A DNA stretch of 35,622 nucleotides from a virus. The stretch lies in IMG/VR virus record IMGVR_UViG_3300045912_000521, positions 1-35,622 of that record; one strand, written 5' to 3'. The position numbers were made by a program, and so were the translations under genes. Positions 26,258 through 34,262 of this stretch are shown one piece after another (position 1 is the first letter of the stretch; each line of letters opens with the position of its first letter). The notes under the pieces are model-generated. The model had not been told where the DNA came from. It was given only the letters and a program-made list of their open reading frames with translations, and searched no databases.

Positions 26258-26286
26258 TTGCACCACCGGAGCGATTTCAGTATATC
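26258..26286 (+). promoter_or_regulatory. Weak promoter candidate upstream of the gp10-like gene
   Basis: TTGCAC at 26258-63, a 17-nt spacer, then TATATC at 26281-86. Confidence 0.3.
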
Positions 26287-26308
26287 ATGATTTGAGAGAA
26301 GATTCAAG

Positions 26309-26899
26309 ATGAACAAAATTGTACAAGTCGAAGGTTTACAGGAATTGATACGACAATTGGAACACTCCGGTGACCTGCGCGAAAAAATATACTTTCCCAT
26401 TCATGATGCAATGGCACAAGCCGGCAGACTGCTGGAAGACCAGATCAAACAAAACCTGACCGAGAATGACAGTGTAGTAACCGGCGATTTGCGCGGCAGC
26501 GTGTCTTCCAGCGAGGTGCAGATAACCAAAGAGGCGATATTTATTGAAGTGGGCGCAGGGCGGGGTTTGCCGTATGCGCGGGCAGTGGAATATGGAACCA
26601 AACCGCATACACCGCCGCTTTCGATTACCGAGCCGGGCCAGCCATTATATAAGTTTGTCGAGATCAAGCGGTTAACCGGTCTATACTCAATAAAAACGGG
26701 ACGCAGATTGGGCGGCAATAAAAGGCAGGTAGATGAGAACCGCCAGGCGGCGCGGGCGATCTGGGCGCACATTCGTAAGTTTGGAACAAGGCCGCATCCA
26801 TATTTCATGCCGGCGATTGAGCAAACGAAAGAACGGATTGTAAAACTCTTCGAGGAAGCAGTAGAAAAAATTGCAGAAAATATTCTCAAAAGCGCTTGA
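26309..26899 (+). CDS. HK97 gp10-family head-tail protein
   Basis: VVTGDLRGSVSS, LPYARAVEYGTKPH and RPHPYFMPAIE are family-typical motifs. Confidence 0.7.
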   Translation: MNKIVQVEGLQELIRQLEHSGDLREKIYFPIHDAMAQAGRLLEDQIKQNLTENDSVVTGDLRGSVSSSEVQITKEAIFIEVGAGRGLPYARAVEYGTKPHTPPLSITEPGQPLYKFVEIKRLTGLYSIKTGRRLGGNKRQVDENRQAARAIWAHIRKFGTRPHPYFMPAIEQTKERIVKLFEEAVEKIAENILKSA

Positions 26900-26925
26900 C
26901 TTTTATGGTGTAAATGTTCTATAAT
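26896..26925 (+). promoter_or_regulatory. Strong sigma70-like promoter
   Basis: TTGACT at 26896-901, an 18-nt spacer, then TATAAT at 26920-25. Confidence 0.6.
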
Positions 26926-27020
26926 TGCAGTAACAATTTAGCCCGGAAGGGCAGGCTGCAAACTGATTCGCGGAAGAACCCGATAGGGGCGCAGTAACTA
27001 CTCTCGCAAGACCGGTAGAG

Positions 27021-27100
27021 CCGGTGAGGGTAAGCAAATAATTGCACTGTGGTTTATCCACATGATTAAATATTGCTTACTCTCACCGGCTTTTTTATTT
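27021..27100 (+). terminator. Intrinsic terminator with a 17-bp stem, about 100-170 nt downstream of the 26896 promoter
   Basis: CCGGTGAGGGTAAGCAA (27021-37) pairs with TTGCTTACTCTCACCGG (27073-89) with one G-T pair. It is followed by TTTTTTATTTT (27091-101). Confidence 0.7.
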
Positions 27101-27112
27101 TGGGGTTTACGT

Positions 27113-28453
27113 ATGCCGTATCCTAACGAACATGCAGCGCGACTGATTGATCCAGACCGATTTGATGCCGATTCATTTCGCCGAGAAAACGACAAATTTG
27201 GAGAGGGAATTCACGCCATATTTGGCAAGCTGAAGGGCGAGGACAGCATGACCTTGCAGGCGATCCGGTTTAATGCGGATAAGTTTTCTGCCGAAGAAGT
27301 GCGACAGTGGTTGAAAGCGCATGATTATGAGCCGATTTCCTTTGAAGAAGCCGCTAATGAAGCAGAAAAAGGCCTGACCTATTTTATGCCCTTGCAAAAG
27401 GTCATCGAGGCGCGTCGTGAAGTGTGGGGAATTGCCGCGGCAGAACAACCCGATTCCAGCGGTGAGATCATGGATTACGCCAGGTCCAAACCGCACTTCT
27501 GGGAATGGTCGAAACGCGTCCACAAAGCCAGCAAGGGAAAAAGTCTCGGAAATGTTCGGGACAGCCATACCAGCAAGGCGGTTGGCAAGGTGATCAAATT
27601 ACTCTTCGATGATGCCGCCAAAGCAATTCGTGTGGGTGTAAAAGTGGTGGATGGTGAAGCCTGGCAAAAAGTAATCGAGGGGGTATTTACCGGTTTTTCG
27701 ATTGGCGGTGCATATGGCCGACGTTGGCCGGATGAAATGAACAAAGGCTATATCCGCTACGAAGCCATACCCAGCGAAATCAGCCTGGTTGATCTGCCCT
27801 GCATTCCGGGGGCAGTCATTGAAATGGTCAAGGCGGACGGCACTCAAACCATACTCAGTAAAAACGAGGTAACCATGAAGGACAAAATTTTGACCACTCT
27901 CAAAAATAAATTAGGCGATTTGAGCGAAGAAGAACTCTCTGCTATCGCCGAAGAATTAGCGGCCATCATTGAGGATAACGAGAACGATGAAAGTGAAACT
28001 TCAGAGGAAACTCAGAGCGATTCGAAGAACGAATCGGAAAAAGCGGCTGAAGAGCAGCCGAAAGGGGTTACTGCGGATGAAGTCAAAGAAATTGTTCTCG
28101 CTATCTTGCAGGAGTTTGGACTGGTGGAAAAAATCAACGGGCAATTATCGCTCAGCGCAAAAGTTGCCGACATGACTAAATCCGAAATCGCAAATTTGCG
28201 CAAGTCGCTAAATACAGTTGCAAATGATGTAGCTAAACTGGCTGTGGTCATTGAGGAACTGGAAAAGCGTGGCGGAAGTGGTCCCGTATTGCGCGAGCTG
28301 GGGACACTGACGCCGCAAGCAAGCGCGGCATTGCAAAAAGCCGAAACATTAAAAGCCGAACTGGCCAAAACCACCGATCCGCTGATTCGGCAGAGTTTAC
28401 AAAACGAAATTGCACGTCTTGAAATTCAGGTTGTGCAGCAATCTCAGAGATAA
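27113..28453 (+). CDS. Prohead protease / scaffold fusion (XkdF-like N-terminal region, acidic coiled-coil C-terminal region)
   Basis: It lies directly before the capsid gene. The C-terminal half is acidic and helical (EELSAIAEELAAIIEDNENDESETSEE...). The ATG at 27113 is preferred over 27062, which lies in the terminator loop. Confidence 0.55.
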   Translation: MPYPNEHAARLIDPDRFDADSFRRENDKFGEGIHAIFGKLKGEDSMTLQAIRFNADKFSAEEVRQWLKAHDYEPISFEEAANEAEKGLTYFMPLQKVIEARREVWGIAAAEQPDSSGEIMDYARSKPHFWEWSKRVHKASKGKSLGNVRDSHTSKAVGKVIKLLFDDAAKAIRVGVKVVDGEAWQKVIEGVFTGFSIGGAYGRRWPDEMNKGYIRYEAIPSEISLVDLPCIPGAVIEMVKADGTQTILSKNEVTMKDKILTTLKNKLGDLSEEELSAIAEELAAIIEDNENDESETSEETQSDSKNESEKAAEEQPKGVTADEVKEIVLAILQEFGLVEKINGQLSLSAKVADMTKSEIANLRKSLNTVANDVAKLAVVIEELEKRGGSGPVLRELGTLTPQASAALQKAETLKAELAKTTDPLIRQSLQNEIARLEIQVVQQSQR

Positions 28454-28464
28454 GGAGCAAGGAC

Positions 28465-29952
28465 ATGATTGAAAATCTTTCACAATTGACTCGTGAGGCA
28501 GTTGCCGAGTTTTACAAAGCGCTTGGCAAACCGATGCCGGCCGATGCGCTGAAGAAAGCCGGCGTTACTCAGGCAACTGGTCTGGTGGCTTACGATCTGC
28601 AAGCGCCCGCCAAGAATCTGGTGCCGGTTTTGACGCCGATCCGCAACCGGACGCCGCGTGTTTCCGGTGGTGGCGGCACGTCAACCAACTGGAAAGCGGT
28701 GGTGGGTATCAACACGGCCGGCCTGCGTGGCTTTGTGCCGGAAGGTGAACGCAATGGTGTAGTTACTACCGATGTTCAGGACAAGAGCGCACCCTATCGT
28801 ACCTTAGGACTTGAGGACAGCATCACTTTTGAAGCCGAACGCGCTGCGGTTGGCTTTGAAGATGTGCGCGCCACGCAAGCTCAGCGATTGCTCTGGGCCA
28901 CCATGATCGAAGAAGAAATTGCTGATTTGGGTGGAAACTATACCGTTCAGCTGGGAACGCCCTCAGCGCCAACCGTTACCACCGAAGCAAGCGGCGGCTC
29001 AATCGGTGCCGATACCTACAACGTGATTGTTGTAGCGCTGACGCTGTATGGTTATCTGTCATCCTCGCTGAGTGGTGGGGGGGTTGGTCAGGTCAGTGTC
29101 ACCCCGGCCAGTGGCGGTTCACCATTCACATACGGCGGCGGATCATCGAATAAATCCAATCCGACCAGCACCGGCGCTTTGACCGACTCGACCAATGTGA
29201 TTAAAGCCAAAGTGACCCCTGTAACGGGAGCTGTGGCTTACGCCTGGTATGTGGGTACCAGCGGTAATGAAGTGCTGCAAGCTATTACGACCGTCAATAG
29301 CGTTGTGCTGACCAGCCTGGTGACTTCCGGCCGGCAGAATGCCAGTGCAATTTCCGGAGATAACTCGCGCAATCTGCTCAGTTACGATGGTATTCTGTAT
29401 CAGGCCTGGACGAGCGGTTCTGGCGCTTATATCAAGGTAATGCCAGATGGGACTTTAGGGACTGGTACCGGGCTTTCCGCTTCTAATGATGGCGGCATTA
29501 CCGAAATCAATGAGATGTTCCGCTGGATGTGGGATAACTACCGGTTGTCGCCGACCCGCATCTATGTCAATGCGCAGGAAACAGACAATATCACTAAGAA
29601 AGTGCTCACGTCAACTGCGGCGCAGATTCCATACGTGACCGGTATGGAATTCACTGCCGGTATGCGTGTGAAGAGCCTGCTTAACCGCTTTGCGATGGGT
29701 GTGGCGCCAGAAGTTCCGCTGGAGATTCATCCCAATCTGCCACCCGGCACGCTGGTCGCGGTTACTGAGCAATTGCCTTACCCGATCAACGGCGTGCCCA
29801 ATGTGATGGAAATGCGCTTGCGCCAGGACTACTATCAAATTGAATGGCCACAACGCACGCGGAAATACGAGAGTGGTGTGTATTTTGACGGTGTCTTTGC
29901 TCACTATTTTCCGCCTTCCATTGGGATCATTACCAATATCGGCAATGAGTAA
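28465..29952 (+). CDS. Major capsid protein
   Basis: AAGGAG RBS. It is 495 aa, follows the scaffold gene and is followed by a hairpin. Confidence 0.75.
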   Translation: MIENLSQLTREAVAEFYKALGKPMPADALKKAGVTQATGLVAYDLQAPAKNLVPVLTPIRNRTPRVSGGGGTSTNWKAVVGINTAGLRGFVPEGERNGVVTTDVQDKSAPYRTLGLEDSITFEAERAAVGFEDVRATQAQRLLWATMIEEEIADLGGNYTVQLGTPSAPTVTTEASGGSIGADTYNVIVVALTLYGYLSSSLSGGGVGQVSVTPASGGSPFTYGGGSSNKSNPTSTGALTDSTNVIKAKVTPVTGAVAYAWYVGTSGNEVLQAITTVNSVVLTSLVTSGRQNASAISGDNSRNLLSYDGILYQAWTSGSGAYIKVMPDGTLGTGTGLSASNDGGITEINEMFRWMWDNYRLSPTRIYVNAQETDNITKKVLTSTAAQIPYVTGMEFTAGMRVKSLLNRFAMGVAPEVPLEIHPNLPPGTLVAVTEQLPYPINGVPNVMEMRLRQDYYQIEWPQRTRKYESGVYFDGVFAHYFPPSIGIITNIGNE

Positions 29953-29961
29953 AATCAATGA

Positions 29962-29989
29962 GGGGAGAGGTTTGAAAAGGCTTCTCCCC
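29962..29989 (+). terminator. Post-capsid hairpin (possible attenuating terminator)
   Basis: GGGGAGAGG (29962-70) pairs with CTTCTCCCC (29981-89), including one G-T pair. The downstream T tract is interrupted (GGTTTGGTCTTT). Confidence 0.4.
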
Positions 29990-30003
29990 CAGGTTTGGTC
30001 TTT

Positions 30004-30234
30004 ATGAAATATCGGATATTTGGAAACTTACACAGTATCAGTCAGGGTGATTTTATTGCCTATGCCGAAGATGGCTGGATTGAATTACCGGAAGAGATAG
30101 CGGAAAACATGATTGGCTCCGGCATAATTGCCCCCCCTGATACTGAGTATGGGAGCTGGGAGCAGGCAAATGGCAGACTACACGACAATAACAGCGGTCA
30201 AACGCGCTCTAGGAAGCAACGAAAACACCGATGA
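30004..30234 (+). CDS. Hypothetical small protein (76 aa)
   Basis: ATG at 30004. It overlaps the next gene by 65 nt, so its 3' end is uncertain. Confidence 0.4.
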   Translation: MKYRIFGNLHSISQGDFIAYAEDGWIELPEEIAENMIGSGIIAPPDTEYGSWEQANGRLHDNNSGQTRSRKQRKHR

Positions 30235-30742
30235 CGTTCTTCTGGCAGAGTTAATCACTCAAGCCAGTCGCACTATAGACTGTTATTGTGCTGGCAGTGT
30301 GGGCTGTGACAATTATTTTGTTTACGAAACGCTATCGAATATGCTGTTGAGTGGCAATATTGGCAACGGATCACTATATTGCCGTCCGCTTAAACCTGTA
30401 ATCAAAAGTATCAGCGCACTGGCATATCGTATATCTGTCCGGGACAACTGGAAAGAATTAGACCCGGCATATGTGATTATCAAAGGCTATACAGTGCGTT
30501 GGGAAGGCGTAGATGGCCGTGGGGATGTGCAGGTAAAAATCTCATTTACCGGTGGATTCAATCCCTTGCCTGACGATTTGGTGAATGCCGCCACATTGCT
30601 GAGTGTTCGTTTTTATAAAGAGGTCAAATCGGGCTTGACAGACAGCATTGGCGTAGCAGAACTGGGTACGTTGCAATACACCAAAGCGTTGCCAGAGCGT
30701 GTTCAGATTATGCTGAGACCGTATAAACGGGTTGTGTTATGA
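30170..30742 (+). CDS. Head-tail connector (gp6-like adaptor)
   Basis: ITAVKRALGSNENTDDVLLAELITQASRTIDCYCAG matches the N-terminal pattern of gp6-like connector proteins. Confidence 0.6.
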   Translation: MADYTTITAVKRALGSNENTDDVLLAELITQASRTIDCYCAGSVGCDNYFVYETLSNMLLSGNIGNGSLYCRPLKPVIKSISALAYRISVRDNWKELDPAYVIIKGYTVRWEGVDGRGDVQVKISFTGGFNPLPDDLVNAATLLSVRFYKEVKSGLTDSIGVAELGTLQYTKALPERVQIMLRPYKRVVL

Positions 30743-31197
30743 GCGATATTCGACAGCGATTAGCGGATATTCAGAAAACCATCACTGGCGTCAAACGGGT
30801 TTATGTGTGGGCACCACAATCACTGGCCGATTCGGATTTGCCAGTCTTTTGCACATTTGCCGGGACAGCAACGGTGAATACTTTGAGTGAAACTCTGGCT
30901 GAAGAGACTCGCACCTGGCTAATGCGCGTGTATGTCAAACCAATCCTACAAGGCATTGATGGTGAGGCGGAAAAATTGGTTGAGCCGTTTCTGGCGAATG
31001 TGCGCAATGTGTTTTTGTCACATCCTTTGCTTGGAAAGGGAGCAAAAGATTCTGTGTTGCCCTGGATCGAGAAAGCCACTTGGCTTGGCGATAACGGTAT
31101 TCAGGTTTTGAGTTACGCAGGACAGAACTACTTAGGTGTTGAATTCAGATTAGCAATCACTACGATTGTGCCAATTTCAATTGCGTTGTATGAATGA
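30739..31197 (+). CDS. Head-tail joining or tail completion protein (putative)
   Basis: ATGA overlap with the upstream gene. The call rests on synteny only. Confidence 0.4.
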   Translation: MSDIRQRLADIQKTITGVKRVYVWAPQSLADSDLPVFCTFAGTATVNTLSETLAEETRTWLMRVYVKPILQGIDGEAEKLVEPFLANVRNVFLSHPLLGKGAKDSVLPWIEKATWLGDNGIQVLSYAGQNYLGVEFRLAITTIVPISIALYE

Positions 31198-31205
31198 GGT
31201 GAAAC

Positions 31206-31481
31206 ATGGAGATCATCAGTGAATCAATGGTCAATGGAATTCCTCTTGTACTGGTCGTACTTGGCCTGGTGGAGTGGTCGAAACGATTGGGTGTTGAAGG
31301 AAAGCACCTCCAGATACTGAGTATGCTGATTGGTGTTGTGTTGGGCGTATTGTATCAGTACAGTGTCTTTCCGCTGGTGACATTTAGCGAGTGGTTCAGT
31401 GCTGTTATCTATGGTCTGGCGTTAGGGCTTGTTGCCAGCGGAATCTATGATGCCGCGCGGAGCGCGGTAACGCGCGGATAA
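31206..31481 (+). CDS. Holin (91 aa, 3 TM)
   Basis: GAGGTG RBS. TM segments are IPLVLVVLGLVEW, ILSMLIGVVLGVLYQY and FSAVIYGLALGLVASGIY. The C-terminus is charged. Confidence 0.65.
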   Translation: MEIISESMVNGIPLVLVVLGLVEWSKRLGVEGKHLQILSMLIGVVLGVLYQYSVFPLVTFSEWFSAVIYGLALGLVASGIYDAARSAVTRG

Positions 31482-31487
31482 GATGCC

Positions 31488-31844
31488 ATGAATGCAGTCG
31501 AGGAGCGCGTATCGAACATGAGTTTGCAGCGGCAGATGTCCGCGCTGTCATCGCGGCTGGATCAGGTTGCCAATGATCTTACGGAGATAAAGTGTATGTT
31601 GAAAGACATCGAAGCGCGGGTACGCAGGCTGGAAACGCACGAAGCAGGCGCACATCCGCTCATGGACAGTAAGATTGACGCGGCCTGGCGGAAAATCGAA
31701 GAACACGATAAGCGATTGGACAATCTTGCGCAAATGGCGACTCGACTCGACCAGTCTAACCGCACGATGACCTGGCTGGGTGGGATTCTCGGATCTACCG
31801 TGTTGATCTGGTTGATTACACAAATACTGGGCATGATTAAATGA
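31488..31844 (+). CDS. XhlA-like lysis-associated membrane protein
   Basis: It has an N-terminal coiled coil and one C-terminal TM helix (WLGGILGSTVLIWLITQILGMI). Confidence 0.5.
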   Translation: MNAVEERVSNMSLQRQMSALSSRLDQVANDLTEIKCMLKDIEARVRRLETHEAGAHPLMDSKIDAAWRKIEEHDKRLDNLAQMATRLDQSNRTMTWLGGILGSTVLIWLITQILGMIK

Positions 31845-31963
31845 CGATCTGGCTTGCGGCTGGTTTTTTGCTTGTCTTCGTGCTGGTGATTGTTTTCGGC
31901 GCTCGCCGGTCACGGTGTGTATTTTATCGGCATGGATCAACAGAAAGGAGGAGTAGCGCGTGA
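31841..31963 (+). CDS. 40-aa single-TM peptide, below the ORF-track cutoff
   Basis: It has an ATGA overlap upstream and a GTGA overlap downstream. Hand translation: MTIWLAAGFLLVFVLVIVFGARRSRCVFYRHGSTERRSSA. Confidence 0.45.
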   Translation: MTIWLAAGFLLVFVLVIVFGARRSRCVFYRHGSTERRSSA

Positions 31964-32943
31964 TCAGCGGTAAAGGCATGTACCTGTGGAACATTAGCCG
32001 CAGCGAAGGCGGCGAAGCGGAGGCAATTGCCCGCGTTGCGGTCGAAGCCGGGTTGAGTCACGTACTGGTAAAGATCGCGGATGGCACGCAAACCTTCCCA
32101 TATCCGACTGCTACGAGCGCCCCAGAGCAGGCGCAAGCCGTGATTGATGCCCTGCGACGGTCCGGCATCCAGGCATGGGGCTGGCAATACGTGTATGGCA
32201 ACCAGCCGGAGCGGGAGGCAGACATTGCCATCCAGCGATGCACAGAATTAGGGGTTGACGGGTTCATAGTCAACGCCGAGGTGGAGTACAAGCACCGCCC
32301 ATCACAGGCAGAGCGGTACATGCGGCGGCTGCGGGGCGGGCTGGGTGAAATGCTGATCGGGTTATCGAGCTACCGTTTTCCCAATCTGCATCGAGAGTTT
32401 CCGTTCAATGCCTTTTTGGAAGGCTGCGATGTGAACATGCCCCAGGTTTACTGGATGCGGGCAACGAATGCCGGCGAGCAGTTGATGACGTGCATTGCCC
32501 AATTCCGACAATCATGGCTGATACAGAAGCCAATTTTGCCTACCGGATCGGCATTCCAGGAACATGGCTGGCGTCCGAGACCAACGCAAATTTTTGAATT
32601 TCTCGACACGGCGCGGAAAACCTGCGGTGGGGCAAATTTTTGGGTATGGGAGAACGCGCGGCGTCATGCCGAGCTTTGGGCTGCTATCCGGGATTATCCG
32701 TGGGGTGACACTGCCGTTGAAGCGCCAGTTGCAGCAGCCATACGACTGCGGGTCATCCCGCCAACGCTGAACGTACGATCGGGACCGGCGATGTCCCGCG
32801 CACTCTCTGGCAGCCTGAGCGGGGGAACGTTCGTCACTGTTGAGGCGGTTCACGTTGAGAATGCCCGGCGGGTATGGATCCGACACAGTGCCGGCTGGTC
32901 GGCCATGGTTTACGATGGCAGCGTGCTCATGCAGGAGGCGTGA
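31960..32943 (+). CDS. Putative cell-wall hydrolase: TIM-barrel glycosidase-like N-terminal domain plus a C-terminal SH3b-like domain
   Basis: GAAAGGAGGAG precedes the GTG at 31960. The C-terminal LNVRSGPAMSRALSGSLSGGTFVTVEAV...WIRHSAGWSAMVY resembles an SH3b cell-wall-binding domain. It follows the holin genes. Confidence 0.5.
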   Translation: MISGKGMYLWNISRSEGGEAEAIARVAVEAGLSHVLVKIADGTQTFPYPTATSAPEQAQAVIDALRRSGIQAWGWQYVYGNQPEREADIAIQRCTELGVDGFIVNAEVEYKHRPSQAERYMRRLRGGLGEMLIGLSSYRFPNLHREFPFNAFLEGCDVNMPQVYWMRATNAGEQLMTCIAQFRQSWLIQKPILPTGSAFQEHGWRPRPTQIFEFLDTARKTCGGANFWVWENARRHAELWAAIRDYPWGDTAVEAPVAAAIRLRVIPPTLNVRSGPAMSRALSGSLSGGTFVTVEAVHVENARRVWIRHSAGWSAMVYDGSVLMQEA

Positions 32944-33119
32944 TGGCAAAAACAATGTCATCCTCTGAGAAAATAGAATTGTGTCCGCTTTGCAACAAGC
33001 AATTGCGCCCGTCTAGGGACGGAAATAGCGTTAAGTATTTTTGCAATTGTAGTGGATATGACCGTCCTGTAATTGAAATCTTGAAAGAAGGAGAAAAACA
33101 AAATGGCAGCACCGACTGA
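32943..33119 (+). CDS. Small zinc-ribbon protein (58 aa)
   Basis: ATGA overlap with the upstream gene. The Cys pattern is CPLC...CNC. Confidence 0.45.
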   Translation: MAKTMSSSEKIELCPLCNKQLRPSRDGNSVKYFCNCSGYDRPVIEILKEGEKQNGSTD

Positions 33120-33912
33120 AAAAACGTTGAATTATGGCTTACGGTATGCTTGTGTGTTTGAATTGGACGCCAATGGCTATCCGAAAGCATCCGGAATAAC
33201 GGCATACGAAGGCGCGCAGTTCAAAGGAGCGACAGCATTTGATCTAACCTTACCAGACGCGCGTAAACTAACCGGCTTGGGCGAAGACGGCATTACCCAG
33301 GTCGTGTATTTGCCTCCCCAAGAGGGCGCCGATGCGCGTCTTAATGTTGAGGCAGCCGATCCTGTTTTGGCGGCATTGCTGGATGGCACGCGCGTGCTGA
33401 GCGTAGGAGAAGCATCCATTGTCGGCATAGCGACTGACAAACAGGGATTTGAGCCGCGCGTCGCGTTGCTCTTGTACCAGGCAGCAAAGGGATTGGAAAC
33501 CGGCAAAACATATTGGCACAGTTTCATCATTTCCTCCGCGCAGATTGTGCGCAAATCACCAGGCATGGGCGCAGACAAAGCGGTTACTCAGTATCAGGTG
33601 GCGCCAGGCAGGACGCAAAAACATCTGTGGGGAGCGCAGTTTAGCAATGCCAACGAAGGCTTTTTAGAGGCGCAGATCTTGGAATCCTGGAGCAATTACC
33701 CACTGCGGATCGCCTCGTATCTAGGTGATGGCAGCACCACGGTTTTCAATTTTCCAATTAATTTCCCGGCTGTGTCTACGGATGGGATCAAGGTTTGGAA
33801 AAACGGCACGGAAGTTACCACCGGTTTGACCAAGACGGTTACCGGGATTACATTCACAACCGCGCCGGCCAATAATGATGTCATTGTCGTTTTGCGTGAG
33901 GTTGCTGGATGA
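33103..33912 (+). CDS. Major tail protein with a C-terminal Ig-like domain
   Basis: AGGAG RBS. It lies immediately upstream of the G/GT chaperones. The C-terminal beta-rich domain is GDGSTTVFNFPINFPAVSTDGIKVWKNGTEVTTGLTKTVTGITFTT. Confidence 0.7.
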   Translation: MAAPTEKTLNYGLRYACVFELDANGYPKASGITAYEGAQFKGATAFDLTLPDARKLTGLGEDGITQVVYLPPQEGADARLNVEAADPVLAALLDGTRVLSVGEASIVGIATDKQGFEPRVALLLYQAAKGLETGKTYWHSFIISSAQIVRKSPGMGADKAVTQYQVAPGRTQKHLWGAQFSNANEGFLEAQILESWSNYPLRIASYLGDGSTTVFNFPINFPAVSTDGIKVWKNGTEVTTGLTKTVTGITFTTAPANNDVIVVLREVAG

Positions 33913-34262
33913 GAAATCTGGAATTGAGCGCTGAAGGTATAACGGTGCGGTTGACTATCCGCCATGCCACTGTAAGTGATGCGATGCGGCGCGGAATGCT
34001 GGCTACCAAAGTAGCTGAAACAGATTATCCCAGTGATGTCGAGCAGGCTGTCGCAGTAATGATCTATCCGCGCTGCATCGCATGCACACAAGGCGAAATT
34101 GAGCGGAATGGCGAAACAAAATCTATTGAAACCTTAACTCCTTCAGAATTCTGCGAATTGCCTTACGAGATTGGCGAAACGTGGTTGGAAGCCGTCCTTG
34201 AGGAAAATCCCGGCTGGTCTCTGCAACCGCTGGAAGAGCGCGACAGCGAAAAAAAAGATTAG
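33909..34262 (+). CDS. Tail assembly chaperone G
   Basis: ATGA overlap with the upstream gene. It sits between the major tail protein and the tape measure and ends just after an A8 slippery run. Confidence 0.75.
   Translation: MRNLELSAEGITVRLTIRHATVSDAMRRGMLATKVAETDYPSDVEQAVAVMIYPRCIACTQGEIERNGETKSIETLTPSEFCELPYEIGETWLEAVLEENPGWSLQPLEERDSEKKD

Noticed and set aside
27062-27112. ATG at 27062 as the start of the protease/scaffold gene
   Set aside because: That start lies in the loop of the 27021-27100 terminator, and the first 17 codons would span the terminator's 3' arm and T tract. The ATG at 27113 (MPYPNEHAARL) is preferred.
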